In this document: piece after piece, positions 16,780-24,000 of the stretch | Layout: each line of letters opens with the position of its first letter | Numbering within the stretch: the stretch's first letter is position 1 | Source: Halanaerobium saccharolyticum | GTDB taxonomy: Bacteria; Bacillota; Halanaerobiia; Halanaerobiales; Halanaerobiaceae | Length of the DNA: 24,000 nt | NCBI RefSeq assembly: GCF_004362045.1 | Contig: NZ_SNWX01000028.1 | Span: 1 to 24,000 of the forward strand | Reading direction: 5' to 3' | The notes under the pieces: generated by a model | Database searches by the model: none | What the model saw: the letters and a program-made list of their open reading frames with translations, nothing else | What the model was told of the DNA's origin: nothing | Translations under genes and position numbers: made by a program

Positions 16780-17436
16780 TTACTTTTCATCAAAATTCTT
16801 TAACTGATCTAAACTTTCATTTTTACCCATTACAACCAGACGATCACCCTGAAGTATCTTATCACCAGCTCCAGGAGAAATATTTAAATTTTCTCCCCGC
16901 TTAATTGCCATTACATTTACATTAAACTTTGATCTAAATTCCAATTCTTTTAAAGTTTTTCCTACCATTTTATCTGTAGCAATAATCTCTATAACACCAT
17001 AATCCGGTGCAAATTCTATATAGTCGAGTACATTAGAAGAAATCAAATTATGAGCTATTCTTGCTCCCATATCTCTTTCTGGATAAACAACTCTATCTGC
17101 GCCTACTTTGCTTAAAACTTTTCCATGTAAAGTATCTGGAGCCTTAACAATTACATAAGGAACTCCCAGTTCTTTTAAGATTAAGGTACATAAAATATTG
17201 GCAGAAACATTATCTCCAATACTGACAACTGCAACATCAAAATTTCTAACTCCCAGAGTTTTTAAAGCTTCTTCATCAGTAGCATCAGCTTCTACTGCAT
17301 GAGTTACCTGAGTTGAAATTGACTGCACTCTTTCTTCATCTTTATCTATAGCTAAAACATCATAACCATTATCAGCCAGAGTTGTAGCAACACTGGAACA
17401 AAAACGGCCTAAACCAATCACAACAAATTGTTTCAT
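16780..17436 (-). CDS. ktrA: Ktr/Trk K+ uptake system, NAD-binding RCK subunit (KtrA-size)
   Basis: 218 aa. Rossmann VIGLGRFCSSV plus a C-terminal TrkA_C-like region. AGGAGG RBS. Directly downstream of the KtrB/TrkH-family gene. Confidence 0.85.
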   Translation of the reverse strand: MKQFVVIGLGRFCSSVATTLADNGYDVLAIDKDEERVQSISTQVTHAVEADATDEEALKTLGVRNFDVAVVSIGDNVSANILCTLILKELGVPYVIVKAPDTLHGKVLSKVGADRVVYPERDMGARIAHNLISSNVLDYIEFAPDYGVIEIIATDKMVGKTLKELEFRSKFNVNVMAIKRGENLNISPGAGDKILQGDRLVVMGKNESLDQLKNFDEK

Positions 17437-17471
17437 TTATTTGTCCTCCTGTCAATAAAACTGCATTCCAA

Positions 17472-18794
17472 TTAGCCCACCATTACCTTTTCGGTTGGAT
17501 AATGATAAGTTCCCTTTCGCTGTTTTTCTCCTATTGCTACTGCCAGAGTTAAAGGTCCAACTCGTCCAGCAAACATAGTAATTGTAATTAAAACTCTGCT
17601 TATTTTAGACAGCTGACCTGTAATACCGGTCGATAAACCAACAGTACCAAAAGCAGAAACAGTTTCGAATAAGGTATCTATAAAGGAAAAATCTTCTATA
17701 ATCAATAATAATGTTGTAACCAGAATAACCAGCCCCGCCGCAAGCATTGTAATAGTAAAAGCTTTGTAAACAATTTGTTTTTCAAATCTGCGGTTATATA
17801 TCTCCATATCTTCCTTACCGGTAATCATATTTTTCATTGTTACCAGTATAACACCAAAAGTAGTTGTTTTAATCCCACCACCGGTTGAACCCGGGGAAGC
17901 ACCAATAAACATTAAGACAATAATTAAAAATAATGAAGATTGTTTTAAGGCACCTGTCGGAACTGTGTTAAAACCTGCTGTTCGTGGAGTAACGGAAAGA
18001 AACATTGCTCCCAGTGTTTTATCCAGTAGAGGCAGTCCCTTGAGCGTGTTATTATATTCTAAAATAAAAAAGGTTATAAATCCAAAAACTAATAAAGCTA
18101 GAGTCATCACTATTACAATCTTAGTCTGTAAAGTTGTCTTTTTAAATTTAACCCGGTTATAGGCCTCCATCATAACTCCAAAACCAATACCACCTAAAAT
18201 AATTAAGGCCATAATAACAAGGTTAATAGTAATATCACCTGTAAAATTCTCTAAACTGCTGCCAAAAAGATCAAATCCTGCATTGTTAAAGGCCGAAATC
18301 GCGTGGAAAATAGAAAGGTAAACAGCTCTCCAGAAAGGATAATCCTGACTTAAACGTAAAAATAAAATTGCAGCCGCTGTTCCTTCAATAGCAAAAGTAA
18401 AACCTAAAAGATACTGAACCAGTCTAACCATCCCGGAAATTTGATACTGATTTAAGTCTTCCTGAATTATTAATCTTTCCTTAAGACTAATTTTTTTACC
18501 AACAATAAAGGCAAATAAAGTAGACATTGACATAATCCCGAGTCCACCAATCTGGATTAAAAACATGATTACAGTTGAACCAAAAATTGTAAAAGCTTCC
18601 TTTGTATTTACTACAATCAAACCAGTTACACAGGTAGCTGAAGTTGCTGTAAAAACTGCATCAACTGCTCCCAGTCCCTGACCATCAGTTGTTGCAACCG
18701 GCAGCATTAAAAGTAGTGATCCAATCATAATAATTACAAAATAGCCGCTCACCAGATACTGAGCTGGTGTTAAATTTTTTTTCTTTAAATTCAT
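17472..18794 (-). CDS. ktrB: Ktr/Trk K+ uptake system membrane subunit (KtrB/TrkH family)
   Basis: Polytopic protein with four pore-loop glycine motifs (CVTGL, NNAGFD, RTAGFNTV, GTVGLSTG). I prefer ATG 18794 (MNLKKK, preceded by AAGGGCGGGG) over the ORF-track start at 18821. Confidence 0.85.
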   Translation of the reverse strand: MNLKKKNLTPAQYLVSGYFVIIMIGSLLLMLPVATTDGQGLGAVDAVFTATSATCVTGLIVVNTKEAFTIFGSTVIMFLIQIGGLGIMSMSTLFAFIVGKKISLKERLIIQEDLNQYQISGMVRLVQYLLGFTFAIEGTAAAILFLRLSQDYPFWRAVYLSIFHAISAFNNAGFDLFGSSLENFTGDITINLVIMALIILGGIGFGVMMEAYNRVKFKKTTLQTKIVIVMTLALLVFGFITFFILEYNNTLKGLPLLDKTLGAMFLSVTPRTAGFNTVPTGALKQSSLFLIIVLMFIGASPGSTGGGIKTTTFGVILVTMKNMITGKEDMEIYNRRFEKQIVYKAFTITMLAAGLVILVTTLLLIIEDFSFIDTLFETVSAFGTVGLSTGITGQLSKISRVLITITMFAGRVGPLTLAVAIGEKQRKGTYHYPTEKVMVG

Positions 18795-18871
18795 TTTTAC
18801 CCCGCCCTTATTTCCCTGCATCGTATTTCTTATTCGAAGTAATTATACTATAATTAATTTTGAAAGTAAAA

Positions 18872-18902
18872 TAAAAACTGGGGTTAAAGCCCCAGCTTTT
18901 TT
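18872..18902. terminator. bidirectional-looking terminator downstream of rubredoxin
   Basis: GC-rich stem CTGGGG (18878-18883) / CCCCAG (18890-18895) with loop TTAAAG. It is flanked by AAAAA on the left and CTTTTTT on the right, so a U-run follows on both strands. Confidence 0.7.
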
Positions 18903-18926
18903 AAAAATATTTAAATATAAGTAATA

Positions 18927-19091
18927 TTAGCCATCATATGGTTCAAACATATCTTTACCTACACCACATTCAGGACATGTCCAGTCATCTGGAAGATCTT
19001 CAAAAGATGTACCTGGCTCGATTCCACCTACAGGATCTCCTTCTTCTGGATCATAAATGTACATACAAACTGTGCATTGATACTTCTGCAT
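18927..19091 (-). CDS. rubredoxin (54 aa), not present in the supplied ORF track
   Basis: Hand translation of the minus strand gives [54 protein letters not shown]. It has the two CxxC pairs (CTVC, CPECG) and the DDW signature of rubredoxins. RBS GGAAGGAG precedes the ATG, and it has its own consensus promoter. Confidence 0.9.
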   Translation of the reverse strand: MQKYQCTVCMYIYDPEEGDPVGGIEPGTSFEDLPDDWTCPECGVGKDMFEPYDG

Positions 19092-19135
19092 ATTGAGTCG
19101 CTCCTTCCTAATTATAGTATTTATTTACCTAACTA

Positions 19136-19165
19136 ATTATAAAACAAAAATAGCTTTAATGTCAA
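19136..19165 (-). promoter_or_regulatory. rubredoxin promoter candidate
   Basis: On the minus strand: TTGACA (19165-19160), 18 nt, TATAAT (19141-19136), about 45 nt upstream of the rubredoxin ATG. Confidence 0.6.
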
Positions 19166-19176
19166 GTTTTTACTAT

Positions 19177-20445
19177 TTACAGACGTTCAAAATAATCCGG
19201 TGAATAAGCAGACTTCAAACCACTCATGCTTGCTGCCCGCTCAGCGATCAGAGAAGCTATTAACAGGGGTATAGTCAAACTGTAATTGTGAGTAAACTCC
19301 AGAATAATAAAGGTAGCTGTTAAAGGTGCTCTGATAACTGCACTAATTACTGCTGCCATTCCAATTAAGGCATATAAAGAAGCTGAACCGCTTAAAAAAG
19401 GAAAAAATTGATTAAATAAAGTACCAATAATAATTCCGGTCAGACTGCCGATAAATAGTGATGGAGAAAATATTCCACCTGAACCACCTGAACCCAGAGT
19501 TACTGAAGTTGCAATAATTTTAAATACTAAAAGCAGAAATAAAAAACCAAGATTAAATTCTGACTGGTTAAATAAAGAAGCAATTATTCTATTTCCTGAC
19601 CCCATAATTTCCGGTAGTTGAAAAGCAATCATTCCCAGCAGCAAGCCACCTAAAGCAGGTTTTAAAACAATATTTATTTTTAAATTATCAAATAAATTAG
19701 ATAGTTTACGCAGAGTATGGACAAAGGCTACAGCAAAAAAAGCTGCAAAAATCCCGATTACTGCCGCTGTCAGAAAGTTATATGCACTTCCCACCTGCCC
19801 CAGATTTAAATTTGCCAGAAAAAGTTCTCTCCCACTCCAGCGAACAACCATATCAGCAGAAATAGCACTGATCGCAACCAGCAGCAGACGATTTTTTTCA
19901 ACCTTATTAAATAATATTTCACTTACAAACATAATTCCAGCTAAAGGTGCGTGAAATAAGCCTGCAATTCCTGCAGCAGCACCACAACCTAAAAAGGTCT
20001 GATAATCAAAAAGCTTTAAATTAAGTTTATAAGCAATTAAATCCCCAATTCCGGCTCCAATTTCTACAATTGGCCCTATTCTACCTCCTGAACCTCCGCT
20101 GGAAATAGTAATTGCAGAAGCAAAACCTTCTGTCAAAAGGTCACGATAAGTTAAATGACGTTCTTTGCTCTCAATTGAAGACAAAATAGCAGGAATTCCA
20201 TGTCCTTTAGCAGTCATACTTCCATATTTTATTATAAAACCAACGATAAGTCCCCCAATTGCCGGTAAGAATAAAAAGGTTAGGCGGTTATAAATTGTCA
20301 GCTCCATCCCGATATCAATTAGGGAAAAAGTGAAAAAATCTAAAAGATTATTATAAAGTAGAGCAATTAGTCCTACAATAAAACCTATTAAAAAAGCTAA
20401 AAATATTTTTAGATATCTGCTGACATATTTTTTGTTAACTGACAA
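19177..20445 (-). CDS. ClC family chloride channel/transporter homologue, TM core only (no CBS domains)
   Basis: ClC selectivity-filter segments GHGIP, GGSGGRIGP (where GREGP is expected), GGIFSPSLFIG and THNYSL (conserved Tyr). TTG start at 20443-20445 is preceded by GGCGGTGA. Confidence 0.85.
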   Translation of the reverse strand: MSVNKKYVSRYLKIFLAFLIGFIVGLIALLYNNLLDFFTFSLIDIGMELTIYNRLTFLFLPAIGGLIVGFIIKYGSMTAKGHGIPAILSSIESKERHLTYRDLLTEGFASAITISSGGSGGRIGPIVEIGAGIGDLIAYKLNLKLFDYQTFLGCGAAAGIAGLFHAPLAGIMFVSEILFNKVEKNRLLLVAISAISADMVVRWSGRELFLANLNLGQVGSAYNFLTAAVIGIFAAFFAVAFVHTLRKLSNLFDNLKINIVLKPALGGLLLGMIAFQLPEIMGSGNRIIASLFNQSEFNLGFLFLLLVFKIIATSVTLGSGGSGGIFSPSLFIGSLTGIIIGTLFNQFFPFLSGSASLYALIGMAAVISAVIRAPLTATFIILEFTHNYSLTIPLLIASLIAERAASMSGLKSAYSPDYFERL

Positions 20446-20485
20446 AAAATCACCGCCCTAAATAACAATTAAATTGTAAACAGCC

Positions 20486-22402
20486 TTAAACATCAATAGT
20501 CTGAGCCAGTTCTGCATTTTCAAAAATAAATTCTTTTCTTAAAGAAGCATTTGAACCCATTAAACGGGTAAAAATATCATCAGCTTCAATTTCATCATCA
20601 ATTTCAACTTTCTGCAGAACTCTATTTTCTGGATCCATTGTTGTATCCCAGAGCTGTTCCGGATTCATTTCTCCCAGTCCCTTATATCTCTGCAGAGAGA
20701 AACTGCTGCCTTCATTCTCAGATCTAAACTCTTTTAATTCCTGATCACTGTATAAATAATGACTTTTCCCCCACTTTGTGACCTTATATAAAGGTGGCTT
20801 AGCCAGATAAATATGTCCATTGTCAATTAGTTCGGGCATATAACGATAAAAAAGTGTTAAAATCAGGGTGGCAATGTGAGCCCCATCCACATCAGCATCA
20901 GTCATAATAATAATTTTGTGGTAGCGGAGTTTTTTAAGATTAAAATCTTCCCCAATTCCAGCTCCTAAAGCAGTAATGATTGAAGCAACCTCATTATTAT
21001 TTAAAATTTTGTCAAGTCTGGCTCTTTCGACATTCAGGATCTTTCCTTTAAGCGGCAGGATGGCCTGAAATTTGCGCTCTCTTCCCTGTTTAGCCGAACC
21101 ACCGGCAGAATCACCCTCAACAATGAAAAGCTCACTTTTTTCGGCCTTTTTACTGCTGCAGTCAGCAAGTTTACCGGGCAGTGAATTAGATGAAAGAGCA
21201 GTTTTTCTTTTTGTCAGCTCTCTTGCCTTTTTGGAAGCCTTGCGAGCTCTGACAGCCTGAACAGCCTTATCAATTACCTTTTTTGCCAGATCCGGATTTG
21301 TATCAAAGTATAAGCTTAAATACTCATAGACCTCACTTTCTACTATACTGCGGATTTCACTATTTCCTAGTTTAGACTTAGTCTGTCCTTCAAACTGCGG
21401 CTCAGGTAATTTAACATTAATTATCGCTGTAATTCCTTCTCTGACATCCTTACCATTTAAAGAAGAAATCTTTGCCGGCAGCTGATTATTATTTTTAGCA
21501 AAGTTGTTGATAGCTCTGGTTAGAGCAGTTTTAAAACCGGTCAGATGATAACCTCCATCTACCGTATTTATATTATTAGCATAGGAAAAAATTCGCTCAT
21601 TATAACCGTCATTATATTGAATGGCAATCTCCACCTCATAATCATCAGGTTTTGATTCAAAATAAATAATATCCTGATTAATTACATTCCGATCTTTATT
21701 TAAAAATTCAACAAAAGCCTTGATACCACCATCATACTGAAACTCTTCTTCTTCAATTTTTTCGCCCCGTTCATCTCTCAAAATAAGAGTTAAATCCTTA
21801 TTTAAATAAGCTGATTCCTGCAGACGATGAGCTAAATTTTCATACTTAAATTCTGTAGCCGTAAAAATTTCTGGATCTGGCTTAAAGCGGATTACTGTAC
21901 CACTGCGGTCAGTACTCCCTATCTTTTTTAACTTATCAACAGGAATTCCTTTTTTATAGTGCTGCTGATATTTATTCCCCTTCCAGTGAGTTGTAATTGT
22001 TAGTTCTGAAGAGAGAGCATTAACTACTGAAACCCCAACTCCGTGCAGCCCCCCAGAGACCTTATAACTATTATTATTAAATTTACCACCCGCATGCAGG
22101 GTCGTTAAAACTACCTGAACCGCTGGCAGACCTGTATCTTTGTGAATATCAGCAGGTATTCCGCGACCAAAATCTTCTACCGTAATTTCTTCACCTTCGT
22201 GAATAGTGACCTTAATTCGATCACCATTTCCGGCCAAAAATTCATCTATACTGTTATCTACTACTTCCCAGACAAGGTGATGTAATCCTCTAATACCTGT
22301 ACTACCAATATACATCCCAGGCCTTTTACGAACAGCTTCCAGACCTTTAAGCACCTGTATCTGATCAGCATTATAATCTACATTATCAAAAAGTGTATCC
22401 AT
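20486..22402 (-). CDS. gyrB: type IIA topoisomerase B subunit, GyrB-like (GyrB vs ParE not fully resolvable here)
   Basis: 638 aa. LEAVRKRPGMYIGST, the GHKL region, EGDSAGG, PLKGKILNVERARLDKILNNNE, Toprim IMTDADVDGAHI and a C-terminus (KEFIFENA...IDV) resembling Bacillus GyrB rather than ParE. Confidence 0.75.
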   Translation of the reverse strand: MDTLFDNVDYNADQIQVLKGLEAVRKRPGMYIGSTGIRGLHHLVWEVVDNSIDEFLAGNGDRIKVTIHEGEEITVEDFGRGIPADIHKDTGLPAVQVVLTTLHAGGKFNNNSYKVSGGLHGVGVSVVNALSSELTITTHWKGNKYQQHYKKGIPVDKLKKIGSTDRSGTVIRFKPDPEIFTATEFKYENLAHRLQESAYLNKDLTLILRDERGEKIEEEEFQYDGGIKAFVEFLNKDRNVINQDIIYFESKPDDYEVEIAIQYNDGYNERIFSYANNINTVDGGYHLTGFKTALTRAINNFAKNNNQLPAKISSLNGKDVREGITAIINVKLPEPQFEGQTKSKLGNSEIRSIVESEVYEYLSLYFDTNPDLAKKVIDKAVQAVRARKASKKARELTKRKTALSSNSLPGKLADCSSKKAEKSELFIVEGDSAGGSAKQGRERKFQAILPLKGKILNVERARLDKILNNNEVASIITALGAGIGEDFNLKKLRYHKIIIMTDADVDGAHIATLILTLFYRYMPELIDNGHIYLAKPPLYKVTKWGKSHYLYSDQELKEFRSENEGSSFSLQRYKGLGEMNPEQLWDTTMDPENRVLQKVEIDDEIEADDIFTRLMGSNASLRKEFIFENAELAQTIDV

Positions 22403-22544
22403 CGTTCTTCACCATCCTCCATTTCATTATTATAACAAAGAGAATCTTAGAATGCCAGTCTATTCAGCTTTAAATTTGCAAAATCTATGATAAAAATGGT
22501 ATTATAAATAAGCAGAAAACGATTAATTTGAGAGGAGATCGATA

Positions 22545-24000
22545 ATGAAAGAAGAAATTTATCCAATTGCAATTGAAGATAAAATGAAAGATGCTTATTT
22601 GAATTATTCCTTAAGTGTAATAATCGGCAGAGCTCTGCCTGATGTTAGAGATGGTTTAAAACCAGTCCATAGAAGAATACTTTTTGCTGCCCGAGAATTG
22701 GGGCTGCTCCACAACAGACCACATAAAAAATCAGCCCGCCTGGTTGGTGAGGTTTTAGGTAAATTCCACCCCCATGGTGATAGTGCTGTTTATGATGCTA
22801 TGGTCAGGATGGCCCAGGACTTTAATCAACGTTATCAATTAATTGACGGCCACGGTAATTTTGGTTCAATTGATGGTGATAGTGCTGCTGCTATGCGTTA
22901 TACAGAAACAAAGCTAACAGAAATTGCCGAAGCTCTGTTAGATAATATCGATGAGGAAACTGTTAATTTTATTGATAACTTTGACGGCAGCCTCCAGGAA
23001 CCGGAAGTATTACCCTCCAAGATACCAAATCTTTTAGTAAATGGCTCCAGCGGTATTGCTGTAGGGATGAGCACCTCTATCCCTCCTCACAACTTAGGAG
23101 AGGTTATAGACGCTCTGATCCACCTTCTGGACTACCCTAATGCCCGACTGGATACAATTATTAATAATCATCTACCCGGTCCTGATTTCCCAACTGGTGC
23201 TTCCATAGTAGGTAATGATGGAATTAAAGCTGCTTATGAGACTGGTAAAGGGAAAATCACTTTAAGAGCAAAGAGTAAAATTGAAAAAGAAGGCAGGCAT
23301 CGAAATTTAATTATTACTGAAATTCCCTATCAGGTTAATAAAGCTAAATTAATTGAAGAAATTGCTGAACTTGTAAATAAAGGGAAAATCTCTTCTGTTT
23401 CTGATTTAAGAGATGAATCTGATAAAAAAGGTATCAGAATTGTTATTGAGTTAAAAAGCAGTGCTGATCCAGAATTAACTTTAAACAGATTATATAAATA
23501 TACAAATTTACAGAATAACTTTCGAATCAATCTTTTAGCACTCAATAATAAAAAACCTGTTGTGATGGGACTTTTAGAAATTTTAAATCATTTTTTAGAT
23601 TTTCGCAAAGAAGTTATCAAAAATCATACTGAATATAATTTAAATAAATCCGAAAATCGGTATCATATACTGGAAGGTCTAAAAAGAGCTATTGACGAAC
23701 TGGATATAGTAATTCAGGTAATCAGAAATTCCCAGTCCAAAAAAGAAGCAAGAGATAAATTGATGGAAGCTCTGGAGATTTCGGAAAAACAGGCCCAGTC
23801 AATTTTGGAGATGCAGCTGCAGCGGCTGGTCGGAATGGAATTTGAAAAACTGGAAGCTGAAAGAGAGGAACTTGCTGAAAAAATAAAGTATTATAAAAAT
23901 ATCCTGAATAATAAAGATCAATTAAATAATGTTCTGCGGGAAGAATTAAAAGAAATCAAAAAACGTTTTAACGATCAGCGAAGAACCGATATTATTGCTG
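22545..24000 (+). CDS. gyrA: type IIA topoisomerase A subunit, GyrA-like, 5' partial (runs off the right edge)
   Basis: Not in the ORF track because there is no stop in the window. Hand translation from ATG 22545 (RBS AGAGGAG at 22531-22537) gives [46 protein letters not shown]...[22 protein letters not shown]...[18 protein letters not shown] (active-site Tyr). The frame stays open to 24000. Confidence 0.75.
   Translation, partial: MKEEIYPIAIEDKMKDAYLNYSLSVIIGRALPDVRDGLKPVHRRILFAARELGLLHNRPHKKSARLVGEVLGKFHPHGDSAVYDAMVRMAQDFNQRYQLIDGHGNFGSIDGDSAAAMRYTETKLTEIAEALLDNIDEETVNFIDNFDGSLQEPEVLPSKIPNLLVNGSSGIAVGMSTSIPPHNLGEVIDALIHLLDYPNARLDTIINNHLPGPDFPTGASIVGNDGIKAAYETGKGKITLRAKSKIEKEGRHRNLIITEIPYQVNKAKLIEEIAELVNKGKISSVSDLRDESDKKGIRIVIELKSSADPELTLNRLYKYTNLQNNFRINLLALNNKKPVVMGLLEILNHFLDFRKEVIKNHTEYNLNKSENRYHILEGLKRAIDELDIVIQVIRNSQSKKEARDKLMEALEISEKQAQSILEMQLQRLVGMEFEKLEAEREELAEKIKYYKNILNNKDQLNNVLREELKEIKKRFNDQRRTDIIA

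Noticed and set aside
17965-18162. ORF-track ORF 17965..18162 (+).
   Set aside because: It is antisense within ktrB.
18795-18926. A c-di-AMP (ydaO-type) riboswitch upstream of ktrB.
   Set aside because: The space is taken up by the rubredoxin terminator and a short promoter candidate (TTTACT-17-TATAAT on the minus strand). The remaining leader of about 40 nt is far too short.
20446-20485. A fluoride riboswitch in front of the ClC gene (the CLC-F possibility).
   Set aside because: The intergenic gap after gyrB is only 40 nt and is occupied by the RBS. There is no room for a crcB-motif RNA.
21072-21260. ORF-track ORF 21072..21260 (+).
   Set aside because: It is antisense within gyrB.
22403-22544. 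The divergent gyrB/gyrA spacer as a chromosomal origin (gene orientation switch plus gyrase genes).
   Set aside because: There are no DnaA boxes; the best match is a single TTATAACAA, 7/9 to TTATCCACA. There is no AT-rich unwinding repeat array and no dnaA or dnaN nearby.
23330-23545. ORF-track ORF 23330..23545 (-).
   Set aside because: It is antisense within the gyrA-like CDS, which is open from 22545 to the window edge.

Overview
This is an AT-rich (by eye) chromosomal core region with Bacillota-style gene content. The lineage guess (Clostridia/Halanaerobiales-like) rests only on gene content and synteny. I support 23 protein-coding genes and saw no rRNA, tRNA, CRISPR array or transposon.

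Gene layout:
- Left block, + strand (119-4141): a small unknown protein, an HGGG/GxSxG alpha/beta-hydrolase, a secreted LamG-domain protein, an orphan trpB and a flavin-reductase-like protein.
- Long minus-strand block (4507-22402): ldh; a yneB-like serine recombinase and a yneA-like LysM/TM protein divergent from lexA (+); family-4 uracil-DNA glycosylase; a TPR protein; hfq; a thioredoxin-like protein; miaA; mutL; mutS; miaB; ktrA/ktrB-type K+ uptake genes; a 54-aa rubredoxin missing from the ORF track; a ClC chloride-channel homologue; and a gyrB-like gene.
- Right edge (+): a gyrA-like gene starts at 22545, divergent from gyrB, and runs off the window. It is also absent from the ORF track because it is open-ended.

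I do not see a convincing novel multi-gene system such as a defence island, toxin locus or biosynthetic cluster. The signals most worth a second look are:
1. A family of GGTACC/CCWGG-rich palindromes just 3' of minus-strand genes. Two copies share an identical 18-mer.
2. A complete lexA / yneA-like / yneB-like SOS module with three degenerate LexA boxes placed on consensus promoters.
3. A ClC homologue lacking both proton-pathway glutamates, next to K+ uptake genes.
4. A divergently arranged gyrB/gyrA-like pair away from any visible origin.
5. A CGYC thioredoxin-like gene wedged into, and overlapping, the conserved miaA-hfq junction.
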